Source: Perkinsela sp. CCAP 1560/9 (taxonomy: Eukaryota > Protista > Euglenozoa: Kinetoplastea). From it: a DNA stretch of 64,000 bases. Shown here one piece after another: positions 23,953 through 36,478 of this stretch (positions within the stretch are counted from its first letter, which is position 1; every line of letters begins with the position of its first letter). Below the pieces are notes generated by a model, which saw only the letters and a program-made list of their open reading frames with translations, had not been told where the DNA came from and searched no databases. Made by a program: the position numbers and the translations under genes. The stretch spans positions 1,736,001 to 1,800,000 of the forward strand of contig CBFFSA010000001.1 of NCBI GenBank assembly GCA_965644495.1. Direction: 5' to 3'.

Positions 23953-24399
23953 ATACGCGTTAGTGTAAGTTTTAAATATGCAGTATATTGTGGCGGAGTG
24001 GCTGTTTTAAATACATATTGCGGCGGAGTGGCAGTTTTAAATACATGTTAGTGTTAGTTTTAAATACATGAGGGGCTGCGGGTGTGCATCACCGAACTCG
24101 CACCGAACCCGCGCTTTGCATTTGGGGCCAAAATGAACCATTTAAATCCGAAGCAGTACTTTCAACGTGCAAAAAGTAGCATGAAAACCAAAGTGTTTTG
24201 GTGCTTTACATATACCAAATTATTCTTCTAAATCACTCTTGACGTTTTCCGCCTACTTTTCGACACTGCTCTTGGGGGAAAATGTTTATTTAAAAAAGTA
24301 CAATCCTTTGGAGTTTTTTACTCTCTTTTTTACCTCTTTTAATGGTAGAACCCACTTCTTCGACCCCAGCATGGGAATAAGCAAACCCTGAAGTATCGG

Positions 24400-24740
24400 A
24401 TCCAACGTTAAACCTCGTGGTTCTCCATCAACGAAAACCGCGGTTTCGTTGCCGAACAACACAAAATTATACCTTCGAATTTTGTGCTGCGTGAACAAGT
24501 GCTCTGCCGACGATAGAATCCGGGCATCAATGTCGGACGGTGCCATCGATTTCTTGCGGCCAAACCTTCGCCAAGTCCACCCGAAGACATAATATAAATG
24601 CTTGTAAGCACGTTCCCTCGCTTTTTCGGATAGCTTTTTCGAAAGCACCGTGATGTTCCATGAGCTCAAGCACGTGCTCTCGACTGACCGAGAACTGCCC
24701 GGATATGAGGTCAAGCAAAGTGGAGCTCACTTTCCTCATT
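24400..24740 (-). pseudogene. pogo-like transposase fragment
   Basis: GWTWRRFGR..APSD...FGNETAVFVDG aligns with the 12077 ORF. Confidence 0.75.
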
Positions 24741-25048
24741 GCACTCTGCCGGGCCCGATAAATCTACATTCCCGATTTCTGCTCTTCCCACCCCGGTTTA
24801 CACGAGCCTGTTAGACTTTTTCAGCTACCTATTTTATTTTCTAAATGCTCCGAGTAGAAGTTCCGTACTTCTCGCTCAAGGCCTTCGTCGAAAGTGGTGA
24901 CCTACAAACGACCTGCTTTTCTTGCATGGTCAACACTTTTGGAGGGTTTCCGACTGATAAAATCTGTGGAAAGAGGTACCATTGACGAAACCGAAATTCT
25001 TGAGAAACTAAAAGAATTAATACACTGTGCCCCCCACTTATTTGTCAA

Positions 25049-25270
25049 TTCTCGGGCCCCGTAGATTTGCATGTCTCCCACTTCATTTCGTTAAGGTTGG
25101 ATCATAATCAGAATTTAAGTGGTGAATACGATCCGATATGGATTCCTCCCACACCCAAAATAGAGGGAACTCAAATCAAGATACTCCCCAAGCGCGGATC
25201 CTACCGGTGCTTTTTGCCTTTACGTTACGTCTTTGATTCCAACATATGGCAGTTTTTGAATACATGTTAG
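25049..25270 (+). pseudogene. 3' fragment of an LRR gene (21808/23194 subfamily)
   Basis: ISLRLDHNQNLSGEYDPIW..ILPKRGSYRCFLP. Confidence 0.88.
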
Positions 25271-26414
25271 CTAAACATGTGTGTATTGTGAGAATGTGTA
25301 AAACGTATAAGGCTTCTTTGTTTTCACAGAAATCGGAAAGAAGGCTAAATTTACTTTATAAGGCTTATACGTACGTGAGGCTTATACGTATAAGGCATAT
25401 CTATTTTTTTATGTTAAGCGCTCGACATACAGTGACTCAAAAAGTTGTTCAAATGTTTCTCTTTTTTAAGGGTCGTAGACAATACATCATTGTATTACCG
25501 TAGGATGGGGGGTATTGTATATTTTTGCGCTATTTTCCGCACGCTGGACGACTCAATTGGGTTATTTTTGTTTGATTCCACAAAAGAGACCTATCCTTGT
25601 TTTTTTTCAAAGTGAGAGGACCAGGATTGTATTGTGAGAATGTATTAATCATATATTTCATTAAATTTGTACGGGGAAGTTGTAAAGATGGCTTGTTTTC
25701 TTACAGCGTTTAAATGCTCATGCACTGGTTCGGTGAATAAGGTGTCAAGACCTTTCGAACTTGAAAGACTGCGAATATTTCAGCGTTCCGCGTCCACGGT
25801 TTAAACGCAGCGCCCCGAACTCGCTCAATGAGAATCCAGACTTTTGTGTTCCAAGTCACGGCATGAGAGCGTCGTAACGGAACGCGTTCCATTCAAATGG
25901 TAAAATTGATGTGAAACCTCATCAAGGTACAGAAACTGTATTTTTATCCTGAGTTACGTACGACACATACAGCGACCTTTTACTTTGGGGAACGCACTTA
26001 TTCCGACGGTTCAAAACAATAAATTGAAACTCTTACATGCGGATACAAACTGCGCCATTTTGGCGAGCAAGGAGACACCGTAACGGACCGTCGTAAGAGT
26101 AAAAGGATTGAACTGTTCTTTTTCATTGGATTCATGAATTTCTTTTGCACTCGATTCCTTCCTCAGCTTTCTGTGATGGACGCAAACTTACTTTCTGTGG
26201 TAGTCGCAAAAGACGAAATCTACTGAACCGTTTTGCCCGAGGAAAAACGGTAGAGGAAACGGTAGAGGAATAATCTACAAAAGGCTCATCCATACTAATC
26301 GATAATAAGAGCTCAAAGCTATACCACGACTTTACAATTTATCTGATCTGATCGAAAAACATTCTACGACTTGAGAATTCACTCACATTCATTACTACAA
26401 GTTTCTTGAAATTT

Positions 26415-27248
26415 ATGATACTGAGTTTATCGGACATGTATTCATTTTGTCAAACAGCAGATTACAAACTGCAGAGAATACCGAGTAAGGTACGAGGGGC
26501 CTGCTTGCCACAGGAATACGAACTATCACGATTTATCACTGATATTCGAAACCCCGATATTTCGTGGAACACATTGATACACGCATGCAAATGGGAGGGT
26601 GTAACATGTGACGAAAAGTTCATCGTGGTAAATATCAAATGGGATAAACAGATGTACAGTTCCCGTAAGAAACTTGAGGGATCACCTCGATGGCAATATT
26701 TGCTGCGCACGGTACTAAAATTTACTGTAGCACATGGCCAACTTACTGGAGAAGTACCACTCGACACGCTTCCACCTGATCTTACGGACTTTAACGCTTT
26801 CAGTAATGAATTCACAGGTGAGGTAAATTTATGCCATTTACCTTACACATTAGGTCAGCTTCTCTTATTTAGCAATTGGTTTCACGGGAATGTGGACTTG
26901 ACGTGCCTTTCAAAAAACTTGTATGGACTGTTGCTTCATGAAAACAATTTATCCGGGGAAATTAATCTTACATCCTTACCTGCATCTATGCTGGTTATCA
27001 ATCTATCAAGGAATCAATTCACCGGATCGCTTGATCTGCAACATTTGCCTTTGGAACTTGACACGGTTGACTGTTCGTATAATCGATTTTCTGGAGTAGT
27101 GCTGTTCGACGACCTACCTCCACAATTAACAGAATTGAACCTTGAAAACAACGCGGAGCTTTACGGTGTTGCCAAGGTCTGGATGTTACCAAAAGAATTA
27201 TATACCATTAAAGTGAATGGTACACAAATATTCGTAAAAACCTATTGA
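26415..27248 (+). CDS. LRR protein
   Basis: LPQEYELS..SW...ACKWEGVTC plus LRRs. Confidence 0.9.
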   Translation: MILSLSDMYSFCQTADYKLQRIPSKVRGACLPQEYELSRFITDIRNPDISWNTLIHACKWEGVTCDEKFIVVNIKWDKQMYSSRKKLEGSPRWQYLLRTVLKFTVAHGQLTGEVPLDTLPPDLTDFNAFSNEFTGEVNLCHLPYTLGQLLLFSNWFHGNVDLTCLSKNLYGLLLHENNLSGEINLTSLPASMLVINLSRNQFTGSLDLQHLPLELDTVDCSYNRFSGVVLFDDLPPQLTELNLENNAELYGVAKVWMLPKELYTIKVNGTQIFVKTY

Positions 27249-27680
27249 ATCAATTTGATCCATTTTCGAGAGTACTGAAAGGGTTGAAACCCTCCCAGGC
27301 GCTCCCAGTGAATATCCATGGAGTCTATACTTAGAGCTTTGGAAGGGGTGAGTGAGAATTCATCTCAAAGTCGAGAAGTTAACATTGTAGAAAATACCAT
27401 TCTGTAGGTACATGTACCCACCATTCTGTAGTTGTGTGATCAGTAATTACTTGAACCATGTTTGAGGATAGTATACCTAGTAGGTATACTAGTGGTACGT
27501 TATACTAATTGGGTACGGTATACTAAATTTTTATTACGAAAGCACAAATGCTAATTTCGCGCCTTTTGCCTTTCGCCATTTCCCGGCGCATTCCTTCTCT
27601 GTACTTGCTAGAAAATGTGGTGTCTTTAAAAATATTGGGGTGTTTTACTCGTGCTCGGTACGCAGCACGCGACGTCTCAG

Positions 27681-27770
27681 AAAGATACGGTTTCTGTGCC
27701 TTGTTGGTACATTTTTCTTGCCCTTCCTTTCTTTTCCCGGAAACGGGCACACATTTTATCCTGTAGTGCC
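27681..27770 (+). ncRNA. Degenerate spliced-leader RNA gene relic
   Basis: AAAGATACGGTTTCTGTGCCTTGTTG|GTACATTTT..CCCGGAAACGGG, homologous to 42582-42660. Confidence 0.65.
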
Positions 27771-27844
27771 ACGGAAAATAGAGACAGATAAAATAACAGT
27801 ACCTTGATAAGATTTTTGACGGTATCACTACTGCAGTAAACCTT

Positions 27845-28624
27845 ATGCTTGTTTTACTCCACACTGCGGATGATATACTTCCACGCAACCGCGTTGGAAG
27901 GGCACGAGCGAAATTGCCAGAGGAGTATCAGTTAGCACAATTCATTCAGGACGTCAAGGGGACACTTCCCTCGTGGAATACGGACACCCCCGCATGCTTG
28001 TGGAATAAGGTGGACTGTAATAGGAATGGCGATATTAGAAGAGTTAACTGGTCGAATTTGGCTCTCAACGGGACACTCCGTTGGGTACACTTATCCATTA
28101 TAATGTGCTCTCATATATTTCTTGGTAGGAACGAGCTAAAGGGTGAAGTCGACCTAGAATCCTTACCGCGGAACATTCGTACCTTGAGTGGCCACCATAA
28201 CCATTTTGAAGGCACGCTGAACTTGGATGAGATGCCAAGAAGTTTACACACTCTGGATCTCTCTGACTGCGAGCTGCATGGCTCCATCTCCCTCCGCATG
28301 TTGTCCCCTGCGTTACGGGGGATGTTTCTGAGCCGCAACGATCTATCCGGAAATCTCGATTTTGGAGCTATACCCACCAAGTTCTGTTCGTTAAGTTTAA
28401 TGAACAATAATTTTTCTGGGCCTGTAGATTTGCAGCATCTACCCTACCGCATCCGGTTGGAATTGCACCACAACCCCAATCTCCGCGGTGAGTTTGATCC
28501 AATATGGTTTTATTATGAAATCGGCGTATGGGGAACTCAAATCAAGATACTCCCCAAGCGCGGGTCGTATATGTGTTTTTTGCCGTTCCGGTACGCTCTT
28601 AATTCCGATGCTTGGCAGTTTTAG
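27845..28624 (+). CDS. LRR protein (ILPKRGSY subfamily)
   Basis: Cap plus LRRs plus the shared C-terminal tail. Confidence 0.9.
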   Translation: MLVLLHTADDILPRNRVGRARAKLPEEYQLAQFIQDVKGTLPSWNTDTPACLWNKVDCNRNGDIRRVNWSNLALNGTLRWVHLSIIMCSHIFLGRNELKGEVDLESLPRNIRTLSGHHNHFEGTLNLDEMPRSLHTLDLSDCELHGSISLRMLSPALRGMFLSRNDLSGNLDFGAIPTKFCSLSLMNNNFSGPVDLQHLPYRIRLELHHNPNLRGEFDPIWFYYEIGVWGTQIKILPKRGSYMCFLPFRYALNSDAWQF

Positions 28625-28943
28625 AACCACTCTTGACAACCACGCGTACATGGCGCGTACAAAAGTAAATAGTAATTTGCAAACTTGTTTGAAGGACGCC
28701 GTACCCCTTTGCATGATACATCTGACCACTGAGACACGAGAAATGAGACTTGTTTGAGGCAGAGTGAATTGCGAGACCTGTAGGCAGAATTTCGCTGAGC
28801 ACCACTGTACATTATTGGTGTCTTGTATCTCCATTTAGATAAAGTCATTAAAAAAAGACTTTAGAAAATTTCTTTGTATTTTTCCCGGAATTTAATATAC
28901 ACATATTTTAGTTTCTGTGAACGCGGGTTATTTCCGTATCAAT

Positions 28944-29830
28944 ATGATCCCGCCTCATTTATGTTTAGACGTTCCGGAACGAAACCTTACGAAAACTGGG
29001 AAAGCGAATAAAGAAGGATCGCCTTTAAAGGGAGAGTCAACGGGTGTGAGAGTGAAGACCTCCAAAGTGAGCACTACGAATCTGCCTCAAGAATACCAGT
29101 TAGCACGGCTAGTAGCGGAAGTCAAGGAATTACGTGAATCATGGAGTACTAAAACACCAATATGTCAGTATATATGGGAGGTGTTGAATGTAACAAAGAT
29201 GGGGAAGTTGTCCGTATTAAATGGGATGATTTCCACATATCAGGGAGTTTGAGGTTTATGTATCTTCCCCACACACTTGAGTTATTTCAGGTCTATAGGA
29301 ACGATTTATCGGGTTTGGTGCCTCTGGATCAATTACCATCGGGACTCGAGGAACTCTGTCTTACAACCAATCGATTTGAAGGCGGAATAGACTTGGCTTC
29401 GTTGCCGCCTAGAATTGAAAACCTCCGCCTCGACTACAATTGCTTTACTGGAAGTGTTTGCCTATCAAATCTTCCCGTTTCCCTGGTCTGCCTGCACCTC
29501 TCGAAGAACGAGCTTACTGGATCCATTGATTTGACGTCCCTCCCTCGAAGTATGATGGGGTTGTACATGGATCGAAATCAGTTCTCCGGTAGGCTGTATC
29601 TGAATCAGCTTCCGTTTAAGTTAAGAGAGGTTGACCTTTCAAATAATTTATTTTCAGGTCTGGTAGATTTGACGCGTCTTCCCACGGACATGCGAGGATT
29701 AAAATTGTCGGACAATATTGATCTGCATGGCGATGTGCGGCGAATAGGCCTTACGAAGAAGTTCCGACACGAGGTGTCTAGGCTGGAAATTTGGAATACG
29801 AAAATTAGGATTAGCGGTATCCCGTATTAG
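28944..29830 (+). pseudogene. Frameshifted LRR gene
   Basis: N-terminus in ORF 28917 and LRRs in ORF 29162; shift at ~29170 inside the C.W.GV.C cap. Confidence 0.85.
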
Positions 29831-30359
29831 CTGAATTTCGCATGTCATATAAAAATTTACATTCTTCTTCTCCTAATTTCTGGTTTAAATTTTTCCCTCA
29901 CAAAGCGATCCATGACGGACCAAGAATTCACAATCTTGGAACAATCAGATACGCAGAATGGATTTTCTGCTCCAATACACCGGAACACTTGACGTTAAAA
30001 ATCCTCTGCCGAAATGCATCGTGACCGAGTTGCAGCGATCGCAAGTGGACTAGAGGAAACTCCAACGCCGATTGCACTTGCTACTGATGCCTCCAAACTC
30101 GATGAATAGGAAAAAAGGAGAACAGAGCTGCTTAACAAAAAAGAGGTGCTTATCATTTTTTTAAAAACTGAACCGTCTTAGAAACATCTCGCCTGTAAAT
30201 CCCTGTGTGTTGTTACACGTACGCACGATATCGAGTTTAGCATTAAATCTCTGTGCGAGTCAAGCCGTCCGTTTCCCTTAGATCTGAAAGATCAGATCTG
30301 AAAGACGCAACACGATTCCAGACCGAACAGGGCTATGACCGAACAGGCCGGAGTATTAT

Positions 30360-30863
30360 ATGCGGGACCCGCAGTGGGAGACTGCGGCCCGCCTCCGGTA
30401 CCTGGACGACCCTAACTCAGAACCTGATCTCCAGTGCGTGTGCGGTGCAACCCTCCGCAATGAGGAGTTTTGCGTACACGCACTGGACTGCAAGAAGGTG
30501 AAGGGGAAAACCCAGGCCTCCCGCCACAATGAGGTCAAAGAATCATTTACAGACCTTCTAGCTCACTATGGGTGGATCGTCCTTGTCAATGTCAGAGTAG
30601 TGAATCCTCTGACCCCATCCTATGTGGACAGGGAGGCGGCTGAGCGGTCCCACACCCTTAGCATGGATGAGGCCAACAAACGGAACACTCATGATAAGAT
30701 GGCGCTGGTGAGGGGCATGGAATTGGACCCCCTGGCCTTCACTACCTACGAGATACCGGGACCAGAGACCTTGAACTTCCTCAACAAGGTGGCCCGGGCC
30801 CACGCGTCGGACAAAGAGCTATTGGTGCCGCCGCGGGGTAAGTGGGTCAGGAGCGTGTGCTAG
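30360..30863 (+). pseudogene. CRE-like retrotransposon Zn-finger/REL fragment
   Basis: CVC..HALDC..RHNEV, VRVVNPLTPSY, PLAFTT. Confidence 0.65.
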
Positions 30864-31409
30864 GATTTAAGGGATACTGGATATGATTTTGTGAGCGTTA
30901 CCGTATTGTTTATATCGATGTAGATTTCACATCCCATTTCAACCTTTTGTTGGATCACAGTACAAAGGTCGCGATTTCCTTGCTCGGCACATAAGATGAT
31001 GATATGCGAACCGTGTATGTGTCCATCTACTGAGTGTATCAAACAAGGACGAGTAATCAAAGTGATTTTCGTTCTCTTCGTTTACGTTGCCTATTTTTCT
31101 TATTGAAACTCTTTACCCAGTTTTGCTGAACAAACAAAGGTTGTCCATATTTTTGATAAACATTGAGTCTCAGTGTTGAGCTCTCAATGAAAGCAGCTCA
31201 GAGGCAAAAGAATTAGATCGGGAAGCGAAGCCCAACCCTATATTTTTTGACAATCAAACAGATTTGTACGTGAACTAATTCAGCGGAAAACTATTTAAGT
31301 CATCACACGAACCGTTATTTGAGGGAACAAATTCTAAACTTTAACGCAATTGTTTTGTTCAACCTCTTTCGTTCTACCTCCTTCTTTTGTTCAACCTCTC
31401 TCCTTTTTC

Positions 31410-32255
31410 ATGCATATGCTTGCCGTAAAGTTTGAAGAAGCCCCCTCCCCGGATCGTAAGAGACGCAAATTAAGTGATAAAGAAAACACAACGGTGAGTC
31501 CGAGACCGCTTAAAAGGGCCGCAAAAGTGAGCGTCGCGAATCTTCCATTGGAATACCAACTCGCACGTCTCATTCGCAATATTGAAAATCCTCACTACAC
31601 GTGGGACACGGATACGCCTGTGTGCGAGTGGGAAGGAGTTGAATGTAATGAACAAGGGGAACCGGACGATATTTATTGGGAGCAAATGGAGCAAATGGAA
31701 GAGTCGGACTGTCAAGATCATTGGGAGTACGGTTTAAAAGGGAGTCTCGACTTGACGGATATTCCGAACCTGGTGGAGCGTTTTTCTGTGAATAATAATC
31801 AATTGAGAGGCAAGGTTCGATTAGATGGTTTACCCAACAAACTTGAAAATTTAGACCTGAGTCAAAATGAATTTGAGGGTTCATTAGATTTGACATCTCT
31901 TCCTCCATCACTGTATTCGTTTTGTTCATACATGAACAACTTTTCAGGGAATGTGTGTCTTACGAGATTGCCACCTATCATGGGGCGACTCTTGTTGGGG
32001 GACAATCGTTTGACTGGGCCCGTAGATTTGACGTTGCTTCCATCGAAAATGTGGCATTTGAATTTAGAACGAAACGAGTTTAGTGGTGAAATAAATCTCG
32101 CGAACTTACCCACCATAATCACATTTTTGAAGTTATCCCATAACAAATTCAGCGGTGAATTGTGTTTGGACAAACTTCCGTCATCTCTTTCACACCTCGC
32201 GTTGGGTCACAACTCATTTAAAGGAGAGATAGACGCCAAATACTTGCGTGACTGA
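31410..32255 (+). CDS. LRR protein (KRRK/KEN subfamily)
   Basis: First ATG 31410; SPDRKRRKLSDKEN; cap plus 6 LRRs. Confidence 0.92.
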   Translation: MHMLAVKFEEAPSPDRKRRKLSDKENTTVSPRPLKRAAKVSVANLPLEYQLARLIRNIENPHYTWDTDTPVCEWEGVECNEQGEPDDIYWEQMEQMEESDCQDHWEYGLKGSLDLTDIPNLVERFSVNNNQLRGKVRLDGLPNKLENLDLSQNEFEGSLDLTSLPPSLYSFCSYMNNFSGNVCLTRLPPIMGRLLLGDNRLTGPVDLTLLPSKMWHLNLERNEFSGEINLANLPTIITFLKLSHNKFSGELCLDKLPSSLSHLALGHNSFKGEIDAKYLRD

Positions 32256-32899
32256 CAACGTCGAAATACAGAAACAAAAACAACCTATGTCGCGCAAAAT
32301 GAAATAGAAAGGACGACGCTTTGTTCTTTACGCTTCTTGTTTTTCACGTATTTTTCAGCATGCACGGTTTTCAGCCCAGCACTACCGACACAAAAAGCAG
32401 CTTAATATTCAATAGTATGCGCAATGAACCAAAGTTTTCTCAACTTGCCGTTTACGCAACTCTCAACTTTCCGGTTGTACACTCTGAACTTTATCTTCTT
32501 CTCTCGAGCTTCATCTTCAACGCCTGGCTGGTTCCAACGAAGCTTTAGCTCAATTTTCAATCGGCTCTTCATTCCGTCGACGGTGTTCTTTGATACTCTT
32601 TCGGTTGTCGCCCACTTCCTCTATGATTCACTATCTTGTGGTTTACAAGTGAACCGAACTCTAACCTTCCACGTCACCCGTCGGTCTTCAGGACCGTTCT
32701 CCTAAATGCAAGACATGTGGAGTAATCGTGGATGGAACAACGATTCGGCAGGCTTTTGACAAAGGTGCGCTAACTGGGGTAGGAGCGGGGGGTAGAAGTA
32801 CACCAATTGGTATTTATGAAAGGATTTGACAAACACCTCTTGTGCCCGGTCATCCGCATTCGTGATCACAAGAGTGTGGAACTATTGCTGACCTTGTTT

Positions 32900-34400
32900 C
32901 GGAACACAGTGGTTGCGATGGCTCCAGCCTCTCTTTACTTCTGTAGGTCTCGTCCTTCTGCATGAATTGTACCCCATTACCGTCACCCCCCTCACGTACC
33001 CCCCCTACAGGTCTTGTATTTTCTTCGATTTTGGAAATATTTGGCATGGGACTGTTTTTCGACCCAATCGTCCCGAATCCGCTGTCCTTTAAAACGACCC
33101 CCTTTCATGGTCCTTCAAAAGGACTGCCAAAAAGGACTCCTTTTCTTGATTACTAAAATTACTAAAATGACATGACAATGTTTGAGGTTGTACACATCGA
33201 TATCTAGAAGTGTTTGCTGTGCCGCGTTTATAGATCGACGGGTGCAGCAAGTTTTAAGGCAAGTTTCCTTTTCATGATTACTAAAATTACCAAAATGATA
33301 TGACAATGTTTGAGGTTGTACACATTGATATCTAGAAGTGTTTTCTGTGCCGCGTTTATAGATCGACGGGTGCAGCAAATTAACACCCGTTTTAAGGAGG
33401 TTGGGGTTATTTCGCGTTCGATACCATAAAAGGAATCTTTTTAACAGAAAGCTATTCTAATTTAAAAAACAAAATCGATTAGAGTCATGACCACCGGTTA
33501 TGATCCATCGTGACTTACTTCCAACGCAAACCACAAAAGTGATCCAGGCTGCGTATTCACCCTTGCTCACAACTCATAAAATGTCATTTATGTCCCAAGG
33601 CCATAAATTATACTTTATCATTTTCTTCCTAGCCAGGTTTAGTGCGATAGCCTTGGGAGTTCACAAACTTCAAGCTGTGCTTCACAGCGTGGTAACGGCA
33701 AAAGTCCCCCAGAGTAGTGTACGCACCCCAACAGTCGCTAACAACGTCAGCCCTCGCACTCATCAAGTGAGGAAGAATAAAGCTCTGAAGAGTTTCAGTA
33801 TCTCTTTGCTTCACTAGTATCCAATGGGTTCTTCCCATTTCTTGTCCTCGGATCTCTGTCGCCGTCGTAAATCACCACCGCCGTTTTGCGCTGACGTCTC
33901 CCACGCTGATATTTACGTTTTCCTATAACGGTTTCATCAAACTGAATTCTGGAGAAATCTTACTGCTCGGACTTCTCCTGAGCAAGTGCTGTATCTGCTG
34001 CGGAATGCAAATCTCCTGTACTGTTCTCCGACCCACACCTCGGCTGTGGCAGATCTTCCCAGTGCACATCGGATTGGCCAGATGTCGGCTCTGATGAGCA
34101 AAAGAATGCTGGTAGTGAGATGGCTGAGCATTGAGATGTGTGAGGTTCGTATTTTTCCTGCTTGATACGGCACGCATTCCGATATACTGATTCTCAACGG
34201 TTGCATATCTTTTTGTGTGGTTTTGCAGGAACCATTTCTCCAACTCCGTGCACGAAGTAGGGGTAAGATTTTAGGGCATAATCCTCATGTTTTCCTCTCT
34301 TTAGCTTACTTTTCACAATTTCTGTGCCGAACTTCAGCCGATTATCTCTCGCTTCTTTCCCACTATCAAGCGTACCGTCACCGCGAAGAAAGTACAGCTG
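32900..34400 (-). pseudogene. Cluster of Merlin/IS1595-like fragments
   Basis: MQKDET (~32950), VVSDCWGAY...KHS.KFV (33629-33838), ARDNRLKF (~34340) matching the 52946 element. Confidence 0.65.
33148..33378 (+). repeat. ~103-bp direct duplication, period ~128 bp
   Basis: GATTACTAAAATTAC..GGGTGCAGCAA occurs twice. Confidence 0.9.
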
Positions 34401-34576
34401 TATGTAAACGAATGTCAGAAACGCACATAAAATATGATAAGGCAACACTTAGAACACATAAAAACATTAACGGAAAAAAGAATATTTTTTATGTAAAATA
34501 ATACTTCACTTTCACCAAAAAACCTAAATCTTGCGCACACTTTTTAACTCTGTTCAACCTCTCCTCTTCCATACAT

Positions 34577-35428
34577 ATGCTTACCGTAAAGTTTGAAGAA
34601 GCCCCCTCCCCGGATCGTAAGAGACGCAAATTAAGTGATAAAGAAAACACAACGGTGAGTCCGAGACCGCTTAAAAGGGCCGCAAAAGTGAGCGTCGCGA
34701 ATCTTCCATTGGAATACCAACTCGCACGACTCATTCGCAATATTGAAAATCCTCACAACACGTGGGACACGGATACGCCTGCGTGCGAGTGGGAAGGAGT
34801 TGAATGTAATGAACAAGGGGAACCGGACGATATTTATTGGGAGCAAATGGAGGATTCTGAAGGTCCAGATCATTGGGAGTACGGTTTAAAAGGGAGTCTC
34901 GACTTGACGGATATTCCGAACCTGGTGAAGCGTTTTTCTGTGAACAAGAATCAATTCAGAGGCGAAATTCGATTAGATGGTTTGTCGGATAAACTTGAAA
35001 ATTTAGACGTGAGTCAAAATGAGTTTGAGGGTTCATTAGATTTGACATCGCTTCCCCCATCACTATATTCGTTTTGTTCATACACGAACAAGTTCACGGG
35101 GAATGTGTGCCTTACGAGACTTCCACCTCCCATGGAAGAACTCTTGTTGATGGAAAATCGTTTGAATGGGCCCGTAGATTTGACACTGCTTCCATCGAAA
35201 ATGAGGCATTTGAATTTAAGACGAAACGAGTTTAGTGGTGAAATAAATCTCACGAAATTACCTCCAACAATGAAGTATTTGTCGTTATCCCATAACAAAT
35301 TCAGCGGTGAATTGTGTTTGGACAAACTGCCGCCAGGTCTTTGGGGCCTTGCGTTGGGTCACAACTCATTTGAAGGAGAGATAGACGCCAAATATTTACC
35401 AAACATACCAGTAGGACAAATTCGGTAG
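34577..35428 (+). CDS. LRR protein (KRRK/KEN subfamily)
   Basis: Close paralog of 31410. Confidence 0.93.
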   Translation: MLTVKFEEAPSPDRKRRKLSDKENTTVSPRPLKRAAKVSVANLPLEYQLARLIRNIENPHNTWDTDTPACEWEGVECNEQGEPDDIYWEQMEDSEGPDHWEYGLKGSLDLTDIPNLVKRFSVNKNQFRGEIRLDGLSDKLENLDVSQNEFEGSLDLTSLPPSLYSFCSYTNKFTGNVCLTRLPPPMEELLLMENRLNGPVDLTLLPSKMRHLNLRRNEFSGEINLTKLPPTMKYLSLSHNKFSGELCLDKLPPGLWGLALGHNSFEGEIDAKYLPNIPVGQIR

Positions 35429-36300
35429 TACAGACGAATTCGGAGTCGCTTTTTTGTACATGCCGAAAGTTTGGGGTAGACCCTGTTTTTCGGACTCCAA
35501 TTACTATACTGTACACCCCCCCTGCTTCCGAGTTCCCCCAATTCTGGGGGATACGCTTATGAGTTCCTTTTTCTAGGACGAATGTTTTTGTACCCACTTT
35601 TCGGGAAGCGATTTTTCTTGCATTGAACAATATTTTTTTGTTTTGGTCAGCCCACAAATTTGGTAATTTTCACCTCCCTGCGCGTATCAGGAGGAGTCAC
35701 CCCCAAATATGGTGGAAAATCATCGCCGCGGCATACTTCATCCGCACCTGGACCCTTCCCAGCCTTTTGAAACAAGACTGAACAAACTCCAAGCTCGGAG
35801 ATGACCAAATCTCCAGCAAAGCTCCGGAGCAACGCATCGTAATGCATGGCTCCCCACCGGTCTCCTTCTAGAAAAGGGTCCTCAGCAGTGCCAAGTACAA
35901 GTACAGTGGTAGTCGCTATTCTCAGAATCCGTAATTGAACATTGACAGAATTTTTTCATTCTCATTCTCATTTTCGCGACTATTCTCATTTTCGCATTGA
36001 TTTTGCCGTTGAACATTGACAAGAAATATAAAAGAAGTAGAAAAACGGAATAAAGTCATGCTCGGAGAGCGGTGGCTATTGTGAAATTTTTGGAAACTGG
36101 GTAGGTAATAGGAACAATGACTCCGCACGCAGCCCCGACAAAGGAACTAAATTTCCCACAGTGTCGAATTCCTTGCTGGATTCAAAAGACGTTGAAGACT
36201 TCTTGTCTCTATTCCAGAGCTCGATCCTTCGCCTTGTCGTGGCGCTCTGGCTTAACACCTTCGGGTGAACCAAGAAAGGATCACGGGTAATCAACTTCCT

Positions 36301-36478
36301 GTAGAGTCGCGTGAGTGTCTTTAGGGCACACTAGGGTGAGCGACGCCCCGTAGAGTCGCGTGAGTGTCTTTAGGGCACACTAGGGTGAGCGACGCCCCGT
36401 AGAGTCGCGTGAGTGTCTTTAGGGCACACTAGGGTGAGCGACGCCCTGTAGAATCACGTGAGTGTCTTTAGGGCACAC
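36301..36478. repeat. 49-bp tandem repeat, ~3.6 copies
   Basis: GTAGAGTCGCGTGAGTGTCTTTAGGGCACACTAGGGTGAGCGACGCCCC at 36301, 36350, 36399, 36448. Confidence 0.95.

Noticed and set aside
29167-29172. Tc1/pogo excision footprint (TATATA) at the LRR frameshift
   Set aside because: Cannot be distinguished from slippage without an intact allele
36301-36478. CRISPR array
   Set aside because: Units are contiguous with no unique spacers, and there are no cas genes
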